Origin: Candidatus Magasanikiibacteriota bacterium
GTDB taxonomy: Bacteria > Patescibacteriota > Patescibacteriia > Magasanikbacterales > UBA922
Length of the DNA: 64,000 nucleotides
Direction of reading: 5' to 3'
NCBI GenBank assembly: GCA_052034405.1
Contig: JBPOIO010000020.1
Coordinates: forward strand, 9,699 to 73,698
Below the pieces are notes generated by a model. The model was not told the DNA's origin. It was given only the letters and a program-made list of their open reading frames with translations, and did no database searches. The position numbers and the translations under genes are program-made. The first letter of the stretch is position 1; the number at the start of each line of letters is the position of its first letter. This document shows, in pieces, positions 1 to 9,004 of the stretch.

Positions 1-1
1 T

Positions 2-250
2 GTGGTAGAAAAAAATGTGAAGCATGCACATCTTGTTGCCTCACTTCGATCAGTAGACCCACTTATTTTTTCAGTAGAACTTTTTGATGTCTACGAAGGT
101 GAACGACTTGGGGAAAATAAAAAGAGTATGGCATATCATATTACCTATCGTTCCAATGAAAGAACACTTACGACTGCCGAGGTTGATGAAGCACATAAAA
201 AAGTTTTGGAAACACTGCAAAAACAATTTGCAGCAGAAATTCGTAAGTAG
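2..250 (+). CDS. pheT: Phenylalanine-tRNA ligase beta subunit, C-terminal anticodon-binding domain (5'-truncated by window edge)
   Basis: VELFDVYEGERLGENKKSMAYHITYRSNERTLT is the typical FDX-ACB end of PheT. Confidence 0.93.
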   Translation: MVEKNVKHAHLVASLRSVDPLIFSVELFDVYEGERLGENKKSMAYHITYRSNERTLTTAEVDEAHKKVLETLQKQFAAEIRK

Positions 251-379
251 TATAAAAAACAGACTTATAAACAGTCTGTTTTTTTATTTATATCTAAAAA
301 TGTGATATACTTGCAATATAAATTTTTAAATCAAAAAATTATCGCAATATTTTTTTTGATATAAGTGTTTCCTTTTATG

Positions 380-724
380 TTTGTACCAAATTCCTTAGAA
401 CAACTTTTGTATCTTGTGTTGTCCATCTGTGTCGTGTGGGCAACTGTATTTCTATGTTGGCTTTTGTACCAAGCAGGAAAAGTTTTGAAAAATACGAACA
501 AAATTATGGATTCTGTTATCCAAAAACTTGAATATATTTCAGATGCGGTAAGTTATATGCAAGAAAAAATGGATCATGTGAGTAAACACATGGGTTCTAT
601 GACAGGACTTCTTGGTGGAATGGTAGAAAAATTTGTGGTGAGTAAAATTAGTACAAAATTGAGTGGCAAGCTTGATGAAAAATTAGAAGAAAAAAAGAAA
701 AAAGTAACTTCAAAGAAAAAGTAG
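380..724 (+). CDS. Small membrane-anchored coiled-coil protein (YoxC/DUF948-like)
   Basis: One N-terminal TM helix, then an amphipathic coiled coil and Lys-rich tail; ATG at 380 preferred over GTG at 365. Confidence 0.55.
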   Translation, partial: FVPNSLEQLLYLVLSICVVWATVFLCWLLYQAGKVLKNTNKIMDSVIQKLEYISDAVSYMQEKMDHVSKHMGSMTGLLGGMVEKFVVSKISTKLSGKLDEKLEEKKKKVTSKKK

Positions 725-751
725 TAGGTCCTTGCAATACAATTGTTCTCT

Positions 752-788
752 AAAAAAATACCCTCGCAATAAGCGAGGGTATTTTTTT
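752..788. terminator. Bidirectional intrinsic terminator
   Basis: aaaaaaataccctcgc-aataa-gcgagggtattttttt between convergent genes. Confidence 0.85.
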
Positions 789-1074
789 ATGAGGCTTTGT
801 GTGGAATGACGTTGACGAATTTTGTTTTTTTCATTGTTCCGTCAAATCGTGTACGTTTGCGGCTTGTAAATTTTACAATACCAGCAACGATGGCGAAGAG
901 TGTATCATCTTTTCCTTGGCGGACATTTTTTCCACCATGGATTGGAGTACCGCGTTGGCGGATCAAAATTGTTCCGCTTTTGACGCTTTGTCCGTCACCG
1001 ACTTTTGTTCCGAGATATTTTGGCTTGGAATCTCGTCCCAAGTGGGTGGAACCACCCGCTTTTTTGTGTGCCAT
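787..1074 (-). CDS. rpmA: 50S ribosomal protein L27
   Basis: [22 protein letters not shown]...ILIRQRGT...DDTLFA; true start at ATG 1074. Confidence 0.97.
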   Translation of the reverse strand: MAHKKAGGSTHLGRDSKPKYLGTKVGDGQSVKSGTILIRQRGTPIHGGKNVRQGKDDTLFAIVAGIVKFTSRKRTRFDGTMKKTKFVNVIPHKAS

Positions 1075-1182
1075 GTGTTTTGAACACATCACTGTCAAAG
1101 GGCTTAGCCTTTGACGAACAGCCCGTCCATGCCCTCCAGCCACGAGACGTCGTTAACCATGTCGTAAATTTAAATTGTGCTT

Positions 1183-1233
1183 ATTATAGCGGGTTTGCTC
1201 TTGATTGTCAAGGTCTGTTTTCTAGGGTATAAT
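1183..1233. promoter_or_regulatory. Back-to-back sigma70 promoters sharing one -35 region
   Basis: Minus: TTGACA(1211-1206)-N17-TATAAT(1188-1183). Plus: TTGTCA(1205-1210)-N17-TATAAT(1228-1233). Confidence 0.75.
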
Positions 1234-1244
1234 AAGAGGGTATT

Positions 1245-1604
1245 ATGGCAAAATTATATCCAATTAAGCTTTATTTGAAGCATAAAAGTACCTATATTCC
1301 GCTTGCTGTGGCTCTTTTTTTGAATATTATTATTTGGGGCTGGCTTTTGTATAATATTGGGTTTTCCACAGATTCTGTATTTCTTCACTATACTATTTTA
1401 TTTGGAGTGGATCTTACTGGTTCTGCTTTGACGGTGTATTCATTGCCAGGTCTTGGTCTTTGTTTGATTTTTTTCAATGCTTGTATTGGTTGGTTCATGT
1501 ATGAAAAAGATGAATTTGTGGCTCAAAGTGCCAATGTTATCTCTTGTATCTTGCATTTTTTTCTCTTTATTGCGACCTGCATTTTGGTATTTTTGAATGT
1601 ATGA
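1245..1604 (+). CDS. Small integral membrane protein (3 TM)
   Basis: Three hydrophobic segments and an LHYTILFGVD loop; stop overlaps the ftsW start. Confidence 0.7.
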   Translation: MAKLYPIKLYLKHKSTYIPLAVALFLNIIIWGWLLYNIGFSTDSVFLHYTILFGVDLTGSALTVYSLPGLGLCLIFFNACIGWFMYEKDEFVAQSANVISCILHFFLFIATCILVFLNV

Positions 1605-2710
1605 GTACAAAATCTCTCAAAAGTGACAGCGCTTTTTTGGTGTATTTTTTATTAGTTCTTATTTTTGGATTGGTATTTTTGACTTCAGCGAGTTCAGTCA
1701 TTGGATTTGATAAATTTCATGATACTTATTTTTTTGTAAAACATCAACTTTTGTACGGTGTGCTTCCTGGATCTTTGGGTTTTTTGTTTTTTTCCAAGTT
1801 TGATTATCAAAAATTGCGTACTTGGAGTCCAACATTATTTATTGGATCACTTATTTTATTGTTATTTGTTTTTATTCCAGGTATTGGTTCTGCTTTGAAT
1901 ACGGGGAATCGAAGTTGGATTGTACTTCCTTTTTTTTCATTTCAACCTGCGGAGTTTGCCAAATTTGCTTTGATCGTTTATTTTTCTGCGTTTTTAGCCA
2001 AGATGGGGGATGGAATTAAAAATTTCAAAGAAGGATTTTTGATTGCACTTGCGGTTGCTATGATTCCTGTACTTCTTGTGTTGATGCAACCAGACATTGG
2101 AACCATGTCAATTTTGTGTTTTATTATTTTTGGATTGTTGTTTATCGCAGACTCCAAAATGAGTCATATGAGTTTGCTTGCTCTTGTTGCGGTACTTGGC
2201 TTTTTGGTTATCATTGCTATTGCTCCATACCGATTGGCTCGTTTTACTACTTTTTTGCATCCAGAACTTGATCCTCAGGGAATTGGTTATCATATCAATC
2301 AATCCTTTATAGCTATTGGTTCGGGTGGATTTTTTGGAACAGGTCTTGGTCAGTCGAGGCAAAAATATCAGTATTTACCCGAGGTTCAGGCTGATAGTAT
2401 CTTTGCTATTATTTCCGAGGAAATGGGCTTTTTCCTAACGATCGCATTTTTGATGTTGTTTTTATTATTTATTCAACGAGGACTCAAAATTGCAAAAAAT
2501 TCAGATGATTTATTTGCTCGTTTTTTGGTGACGGGGATTATGATTTGGTTTATTGGTCAGGCATTTTTGAATATTGCTGCTATGGTAGGACTTATGCCTT
2601 TGACTGGTGTGCCATTGCCTTTTGTGAGTCATGGTGGAACTGCACTTGCTATTGCTCTATGTGCTGTGGGTGTTGTGTTGAATGTGAGTAAACATTCAAA
2701 AATTGCATAA
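1601..2710 (+). CDS. ftsW: SEDS-family peptidoglycan polymerase FtsW
   Basis: FQPAEFAK, QPDIGT, GSGGFFGTGLGQS, LPEVQADSIF and GVPLPFVSHGG motifs; directly upstream of murG. Confidence 0.93.
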   Translation: MSTKSLKSDSAFLVYFLLVLIFGLVFLTSASSVIGFDKFHDTYFFVKHQLLYGVLPGSLGFLFFSKFDYQKLRTWSPTLFIGSLILLLFVFIPGIGSALNTGNRSWIVLPFFSFQPAEFAKFALIVYFSAFLAKMGDGIKNFKEGFLIALAVAMIPVLLVLMQPDIGTMSILCFIIFGLLFIADSKMSHMSLLALVAVLGFLVIIAIAPYRLARFTTFLHPELDPQGIGYHINQSFIAIGSGGFFGTGLGQSRQKYQYLPEVQADSIFAIISEEMGFFLTIAFLMLFLLFIQRGLKIAKNSDDLFARFLVTGIMIWFIGQAFLNIAAMVGLMPLTGVPLPFVSHGGTALAIALCAVGVVLNVSKHSKIA

Positions 2711-2727
2711 GAAAATTTTTTGTTTTT

Positions 2728-3792
2728 ATGAAAATACTTTTTTCTGGTGGAGGAACCTTGGGACCGGTGACGCCGCTTTTGGCATTGCATGAAAATATAA
2801 AAGATTTGCCAGGTCTTTCTTGTGTTTGGGTAGGAACAGAGTCTGGTCCCGAAGAAATATTGATAAAAAATGCAGGTATCCCATTTTTGAGTCTTCCTGC
2901 AAGTAAATTACGACGTTATTTTTCTTGGAAAACCTTGAGTGATGTCTTTGTTTTTGCTCAGGCATTGTTTCAATCTTTTGTTTTGCTTCGTCGTGAAAGA
3001 CCAAGTGTGTGTATTTCTGCTGGTGGTTATGTATCTGTACCCCTTCATATTGTGGCAAAAATTTTGGGTATAAAAACATGGATTCACCAACAAGATTTGG
3101 AACTTGGTCTTGCCAATCGTTTGATGGCTCCTACTGCAAATCTTATTACTGTTGCTGTACCACAAAGTTTACTTTTTTTCCCAAAAGAAAAAACTCGTAC
3201 GCTTGGTAATCCTGTACGACCGAGTATTTTGGAAGCAGAAAAAAAGAAGGCTTTTGAAAAATTTGGACTGGATGCGAATCTTCCTGTTATTTTTGCAACA
3301 GGTGGGGGAACAGGATCAGAAAAAATCAATGTTTTGGTCGCACAGCTCGCACTTGAACTTGGTGATAGTGTTCAAATTATCCATTTAACAGGAAAAGAAA
3401 GAAAGACATTGGAACCAGATCGTCCTTTGTTGCATTATCATACGTTTGAATTTTTGGGTGAACATATGGCCGATGCCTATGCGGCAAGTGATATTGTAAT
3501 TTGTCGTGGTGGGTTTGGAACGCTCTCAGAACTTGCGGCTTTGAAAAAAACTGCTATTGTTATTCCGAAATCTGGACACCAAGAAGAAAATGTCAAGTTC
3601 TGTGCGGACCTTGGGGGACTTCTTTCTTTAAATGAAAATACAACAACATCAATTGAACTGCAAAGTAAAGTAGAGGGATTGCTTGCGGATCCACAACTTC
3701 GACTTCATCTTGGAGAAACATTGGCCACTTGTATTCCAACAGCAACAAAAGAATCAATATTTGATTGTTTCAAGTCTTTGGGTGTGATATAA
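2728..3792 (+). CDS. murG: Lipid II N-acetylglucosaminyltransferase MurG
   Basis: GGGTLGPVTP, GGYVSVP, GNPVR, GGGTGS and CRGGFGTLSE motifs. Confidence 0.93.
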   Translation: MKILFSGGGTLGPVTPLLALHENIKDLPGLSCVWVGTESGPEEILIKNAGIPFLSLPASKLRRYFSWKTLSDVFVFAQALFQSFVLLRRERPSVCISAGGYVSVPLHIVAKILGIKTWIHQQDLELGLANRLMAPTANLITVAVPQSLLFFPKEKTRTLGNPVRPSILEAEKKKAFEKFGLDANLPVIFATGGGTGSEKINVLVAQLALELGDSVQIIHLTGKERKTLEPDRPLLHYHTFEFLGEHMADAYAASDIVICRGGFGTLSELAALKKTAIVIPKSGHQEENVKFCADLGGLLSLNENTTTSIELQSKVEGLLADPQLRLHLGETLATCIPTATKESIFDCFKSLGVI

Positions 3793-3821
3793 TATTGGTA
3801 TTCGGTTTTTTCTTTTTTTTT

Positions 3822-5477
3822 ATGCCAATACCTAGTCTTCGTCCTGACTACGAAAGCTTAGGGAAAGATACGATTTGTGTTTTTGCTCAAACAAACTTCC
3901 GCAATCAATTGCGGCGTTTTGGTATAAAATTAGACGACCGTCGTCGTCACATGTATATTGTTGGAAAAACAGGTATGGGAAAATCAACCATGATGGAAAA
4001 CATGGTTCTTGATGATATTTTTTCTGGCAATGGTATTGGGCTTGTGGATCCACATGGAGATTTCGCAGAAAAAATTCTCAACTATATCCCTGCCAAACGT
4101 ATTAATGATGTTGTGTATATCAACCCATCAGATCTTGATTTTCCAATTGGATTCAATATCTTGGAGGTACAAAACGAAGGACAAAAACATTTGATTGTGG
4201 CAGGTCTCATGGGAATTTTCAAAAAGATTTGGCCAGATGTGTGGAGTGCTCGTATGGAATATATCCTCAATAATACACTTCTTGCACTTATTGAATATCC
4301 AGGATCGACCTTGCTTGGTATCAATCGTTTGCTTTCTGATAAAAAATATCGCAAAAAAGTAGTAGCAAAAGTAAAAGATCCTGTTATCAAAAGTTTTTGG
4401 AATGTTGAGTTTGCAAGTTATACAGAAAAATATGCACAGGAGGCTGTGGCTCCAATTCAAAATAAAATTGGTCAATTTTTGTCTACCAATGTTATCCGAA
4501 ATATGGTTGCGCAGGTAAAATCAACGATTGATATTCGTAAACTCATGGATGAAAAAAAGATTGTCATCATGAATTTGAGTAAGGGGCGTATTGGAGAAGA
4601 TAATAGTCGTTTGCTCGGAGGAATGCTTATTACCAAAATTCAGCTTGCGGCTATGGAACGTGTAGATACTCCAGAGGCAGAACGTAAAGATTTCTTTTTG
4701 TACGTTGATGAATTTCAAAATTTTGCAACTCCATCTTTTGCCAATATTTTGTCAGAAGCCCGAAAGTATCGTTTGAGTTTGATTATGGCGCATCAATATA
4801 TCAAGCAGCTCGACGAGATTGTTGCTGATGCTGTTTTTGGAAATGTTGGTACTATTATTTCATTTCGTATTGGTGGGGGAGATGCCGAGATGCTTGCCAA
4901 AGAATTTACCCCAATATTTCTTGAAGAAGACTTGGTAAATTTGCCAAAATTTCAAATATTTTTGAAACTTATGATTGATGGTGTTTCTTCTACACCATTT
5001 AGTGCTATGACTTTGCCACCGCTTGGAAGTCCGACAGGAAGTCTTGAAAAAGTTATTCGAGTCTCTCGTGAACGTTATGGTCGACCTCGTGAGGCTATTG
5101 AAGATAAAATTATGCGTTGGGCAGGCCTTGAGGGTGATATGGTTGATGAAGACGAAGATGAAGAACCTGAACAAAGTTCTCTTGATTCTTTGGAGAGTTC
5201 TGTAGATTCGAAGCCTGCTGTGGTAGAAAAAATCGTAGAAGCGATTCCACCACAAGAAGTTTTTGTCGAAGAGCCTGTTCTTCATTTGGATTCTTTATTA
5301 CCAGCAGAAACTTCTTTGGATAAAAGTGAAGACCTTGTTCATTTTGATAGTCCTGTGCTTCCATCTTCATCTGCACCTTCTGTTGCAAAAGATTCTTCTT
5401 TGAGTGGAGAAAAAAAGAAACGAAGACGTCGACGTAGAAGAAAAAATTCAGGAGCTGTGAGTACAAGTTCTGTCTAA
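3822..5477 (+). CDS. TraD/VirD4/HerA-like P-loop ATPase with low-complexity C-terminal tail
   Basis: Walker A GKTGMGKS, DPHGD, Walker B LYVDEFQNF, SEARKY, AHQ. Confidence 0.85.
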   Translation: MPIPSLRPDYESLGKDTICVFAQTNFRNQLRRFGIKLDDRRRHMYIVGKTGMGKSTMMENMVLDDIFSGNGIGLVDPHGDFAEKILNYIPAKRINDVVYINPSDLDFPIGFNILEVQNEGQKHLIVAGLMGIFKKIWPDVWSARMEYILNNTLLALIEYPGSTLLGINRLLSDKKYRKKVVAKVKDPVIKSFWNVEFASYTEKYAQEAVAPIQNKIGQFLSTNVIRNMVAQVKSTIDIRKLMDEKKIVIMNLSKGRIGEDNSRLLGGMLITKIQLAAMERVDTPEAERKDFFLYVDEFQNFATPSFANILSEARKYRLSLIMAHQYIKQLDEIVADAVFGNVGTIISFRIGGGDAEMLAKEFTPIFLEEDLVNLPKFQIFLKLMIDGVSSTPFSAMTLPPLGSPTGSLEKVIRVSRERYGRPREAIEDKIMRWAGLEGDMVDEDEDEEPEQSSLDSLESSVDSKPAVVEKIVEAIPPQEVFVEEPVLHLDSLLPAETSLDKSEDLVHFDSPVLPSSSAPSVAKDSSLSGEKKKRRRRRRRKNSGAVSTSSV

Positions 5478-5518
5478 GCAATTTGTGATATACAAAAAAT
5501 CTTATTGAATAAAATTTT

Positions 5519-7759
5519 ATGTTTTCGATTTTCCGGCAGTATTTTCGTCTTTCCTCAATAAATTTTTTTTTCCTTTTGCTAACAATTTTCTGCATTCCCT
5601 TGCTGTATATACCAGCCTTTCGGAGTGTTTGGGATCTTCCAAAAGAGTTGGCTTTGTACACTTTTTTGAGTATTATTTTTGTTTTGAGTCTCTTTGAAAT
5701 AGTAAAGACAAAAAAATTACGACAAAAAAGAACCGTACTTGATAAACCCTTTGTCGTATTGCTCTGTGCGGGTTTATTTTCAACACTTTTTTCAAAAAAT
5801 CCATCCTTGAGTTTTTGGGGAATAGGGGATGCTTTTGTGCTTCATTTTTTTGCAATCTTTTTGTTCGTTGCTTGGGCTTGGATTCTTATTCAAAAAATAG
5901 AATCCGAAAAACTTTTTCATCAAGCTCTTTTTGTATTTTTTTTGTCTGGAATCTTTTCAAGTATTATTTTTCTTTCATTTGAATTTTCACATTTTTTTGG
6001 AAGTCAAATTATAAATCCTGTTGCCAAGCTCAATAGTGTTTTTGGCATATATATGGTGAGCCTTTTTACGCTATCGCTTGGAAGTTTGGTGCCAAGTATA
6101 AAACAAAAGGGCTCGTATTTTGTGATTTCATTGCTCTGTGTTGTCATGACCCTTCTCACTTTGTTTCGGCTTGATTTCCAAATTTTGTGGGTTCTTTTGG
6201 CTTTTGGTATGGGACTTTTGTTTTTGGTATCGATGGCATTTTGGGGTGCTGTTCGAAAGTCTGTTTTGCTCTGTACCTTTTCTCTCTTTTTATTTTCTTT
6301 GTTTCATCTTTTACTTCCCAATGTTCTAAACTTTGGACGAGCTCTTCCTTCGGAAATTAATTTGAATCCTGCTATGTCAGGATCTATTATTGCTTCTGTT
6401 CTTTCTATAAATCCTCAAAACTTTTTACTTGGAAGCGGGCCAGGTACTTTTATGTACAATTTTTCTTTGTTTCGTCCAGGCGAGTTGAATCAGAGTTCTT
6501 ATTTTTGGTCTTTACGTTTTGATTCTCCTTGGAGTTCTCTGTACTCTTGGCTTTGTGAATTTGGATTTTTGGGATCTTTGAGTTTACTTTTTATTTTACT
6601 TTTGATTTTTGGTTCGGTGCTCAGTGCTGTTTTGCATATTCGTTCTAGTTTTTGGAAACGTGCTCGATTTTCTTTTGAAAAAATACGCGCTACTGATTCT
6701 TCTTTGGAATATTTTGTTTGTATGATTGCTTGGTTTTTGTTGACTTGTGGCATTATTATTTCGGTGTATAATTTTGCACTTTGGTTTGTATGGTGGACGA
6801 TGCTTGCTTTTGTCGTTTTGGGTTTGTCATACATTCAACCAAATCTTGTGAAAGAAAGTGAAAAAACTTTTGAAATTAGTCCGCAGTATGTATTTGTGGT
6901 TTCATTTTTCTTTTTGCTTTTATCTGCAGCGACTGTTTTTGGGGGAGTTATGTGGGGAAAAATCGCTGTTGCAGAATATTTTGTAGCACATTCTGATGTA
7001 CATTCTGCTTTAAAAATTCGACCACAGTCTTCGGAATATTTGCTTTTGCTTGCAAGAGAGTCATTGCAAGATTCTCTTTCTTTTGTATCAACAGATCCAA
7101 ATCGTGCAGCAGAGCTTTTATCATCAGCTATTGATTTTGCAAGTCGTGCACGTGAAATTGATCCCAATAATGTTCGTGTTTTTGAAATACTTTCTACCGC
7201 TTATTTACAGACATTGCCCTATACCAATGAATTGTCTTTGCAACAGTCTTTGCTGTATGCTACGGATGCAGTGACACATGCCTTGCAACTTGAACCGAAT
7301 AATCCAGTATTTGTGTCTCAACTTGGTCTTATTCAAGAATTTTCAAGTCAATTTGATTTGGCTGAAAAATCATATAAAAAGGCTATTTCCTTTAAATCAG
7401 ACTATGTGCAAGCATATTTTGATCTGGCGCGTTTGTATGAAAAACAAAATAAGACGGATGCGGCTATTTCGCTCTATGAAGAATATCGGGTTATTGATCC
7501 CCAAAGTAGGGATGTACTCTATGAACTGGGGCGTCTGTATTATAATAGAAAACATGAGGGAGATGAAAAAAGGGCAGAAAAAATATGGTTGCTGTCTGTT
7601 CAAATAGACCCAAATTTTTCAAATGCCCTCTATAGTTTAGGCTTATTATACGAAAAAAAAGGAGAATATGCCTTGGCAGTGGAATACTTTAAAAAGGTTC
7701 ATACCTTGAATCCTGAGAATAAGGATGTGGATAAAAAATTAAAAAGTCTGTCCTTTTAG
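5519..7759 (+). CDS. Polytopic O-antigen-ligase/oligosaccharyltransferase-like membrane protein with C-terminal TPR repeats
   Basis: About 13 TM segments, LLGSGPGTF and E.GFLG motifs, TPR helices (AYFDLARLYEK, ALYSLGLLYEK). Confidence 0.72.
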   Translation: MFSIFRQYFRLSSINFFFLLLTIFCIPLLYIPAFRSVWDLPKELALYTFLSIIFVLSLFEIVKTKKLRQKRTVLDKPFVVLLCAGLFSTLFSKNPSLSFWGIGDAFVLHFFAIFLFVAWAWILIQKIESEKLFHQALFVFFLSGIFSSIIFLSFEFSHFFGSQIINPVAKLNSVFGIYMVSLFTLSLGSLVPSIKQKGSYFVISLLCVVMTLLTLFRLDFQILWVLLAFGMGLLFLVSMAFWGAVRKSVLLCTFSLFLFSLFHLLLPNVLNFGRALPSEINLNPAMSGSIIASVLSINPQNFLLGSGPGTFMYNFSLFRPGELNQSSYFWSLRFDSPWSSLYSWLCEFGFLGSLSLLFILLLIFGSVLSAVLHIRSSFWKRARFSFEKIRATDSSLEYFVCMIAWFLLTCGIIISVYNFALWFVWWTMLAFVVLGLSYIQPNLVKESEKTFEISPQYVFVVSFFFLLLSAATVFGGVMWGKIAVAEYFVAHSDVHSALKIRPQSSEYLLLLARESLQDSLSFVSTDPNRAAELLSSAIDFASRAREIDPNNVRVFEILSTAYLQTLPYTNELSLQQSLLYATDAVTHALQLEPNNPVFVSQLGLIQEFSSQFDLAEKSYKKAISFKSDYVQAYFDLARLYEKQNKTDAAISLYEEYRVIDPQSRDVLYELGRLYYNRKHEGDEKRAEKIWLLSVQIDPNFSNALYSLGLLYEKKGEYALAVEYFKKVHTLNPENKDVDKKLKSLSF

Positions 7760-7764
7760 ATTAC

Positions 7765-7793
7765 TTGACAAAATCGGTAAAATATGCTATAAT
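7765..7793 (+). promoter_or_regulatory. Consensus sigma70 promoter
   Basis: TTGACA-N17-TATAAT. Confidence 0.8.
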
Positions 7794-7799
7794 ACGCGC

Positions 7800-7945
7800 A
7801 GCAATTGGTAGGTTTGAAAGACAGGTTTGGGAAAAAATGCTCGTAATAGATCCCAACAAACAGTCACAAAACAAACAGTTGCAGTGAAAAGGTCGGGATT
7901 TATTAAAGAACCCACCCAATGGGTTTACAAATACGAGCATTTAAA
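7800..7945 (+). ncRNA. Candidate structured 5' leader (long hairpin plus pseudoknot)
   Basis: Nested stems gcaattg/cagttgc, gtttg/caaac, gac/gtc, ttggga/tcccaa; loop aaatgctcgta(7835-7845) complementary to tacgagcattt(7932-7942). Confidence 0.55.
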
Positions 7946-7957
7946 ATAACCTATACT

Positions 7958-8272
7958 ATGTACGACCAAAACGCAGCACCTCGTCAAATGTACGATGTGA
8001 ACGAAACATGTTCTTCATGTGGAACAGCTATTACTCAACTTCCTTTCATGCCAAGTGGTGACAAACCACTTCTCTGCCGCGATTGTTTGCGCGCAAAGAA
8101 ATCTGCTGGTTTCAACAACCGCGGACCACGTCCAATGAAACAAATGTTTGATGTAGATATCAACTGTTCAGAATGTGGAAAACACATTTCTCAGCTTCCA
8201 TTTCAGCCAACAAACGGTAAACCTGTTTACTGCTTTGACTGTAATAAAGCTCGCCGTGACAACATGGCGTAA
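7958..8272 (+). CDS. Tandem CxxC-x17-CxxC zinc-ribbon protein
   Basis: Two repeats of MY/FDV..CS.CG..I.QLPF.P...KP..C.DC; start ATG 7958. Confidence 0.88.
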   Translation: MYDQNAAPRQMYDVNETCSSCGTAITQLPFMPSGDKPLLCRDCLRAKKSAGFNNRGPRPMKQMFDVDINCSECGKHISQLPFQPTNGKPVYCFDCNKARRDNMA

Positions 8273-8380
8273 AATCTTTTTGAGATTTCAAGGCCACTCC
8301 CTTCATCGGGGGTGGTTTTTTTATACTTGCTTTTTCGCCTATTTTTGCTAGTATAAGAGAAGACTTATTTTCTATTGAAT

Positions 8381-9004
8381 ATGTATAGCCCACAGCAGCA
8401 AGCATTTCTTGAATATGTGACGAAGAAGGTGAAGAACCTTTTTGTTGAATTTCCTGCTCCTGGACATGACTTTCAACATGCATCAAATGTTGCTGCTTAT
8501 GCTAAGGAAGTGGCAACAAAAGAAAACGCGCGTAATATCTTTCTTTCTGAACTGGCTGGAATTTTGCACGATATTGGTCGTGCCCCAGAACATCACGATC
8601 CTGACAACAAACTGCGTCATCACGATTTGTCCTACCAGATGCTTCGACAGTGGTTTCGTGAAGATTCTCATTTTGATTTTTTGACTCGTGAAGAAAAACT
8701 TGAACTTCTGTATTCGGTGAAATATCACTGGAATGATGCGGCAGACGAATATGATACTGCTTGGATTTTGCGTGATGCAGATAAACTCGATGGCCTTGGT
8801 TGTCGAGGACTTGAACGTTTCAAAGAATATCGTGCCAATGATCCTGCAGGGATTGCTCTGGATTGTCGTTTGACTTATCAATTTTGGTATTGGATTCATA
8901 CTGAGTCTGCTCGTACTATTGTGCGTGAAAAAAAGTTGATTGAAGAAATGGATAAAATTGTTATTGAAAATTTGAAAGCAAAAATAGAACCCGTGGAATT
9001 ATGA
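8381..9004 (+). CDS. HD-domain phosphohydrolase
   Basis: H..H, ILHDIG, YH and LRDADKLD motifs. Confidence 0.85.
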   Translation: MYSPQQQAFLEYVTKKVKNLFVEFPAPGHDFQHASNVAAYAKEVATKENARNIFLSELAGILHDIGRAPEHHDPDNKLRHHDLSYQMLRQWFREDSHFDFLTREEKLELLYSVKYHWNDAADEYDTAWILRDADKLDGLGCRGLERFKEYRANDPAGIALDCRLTYQFWYWIHTESARTIVREKKLIEEMDKIVIENLKAKIEPVEL

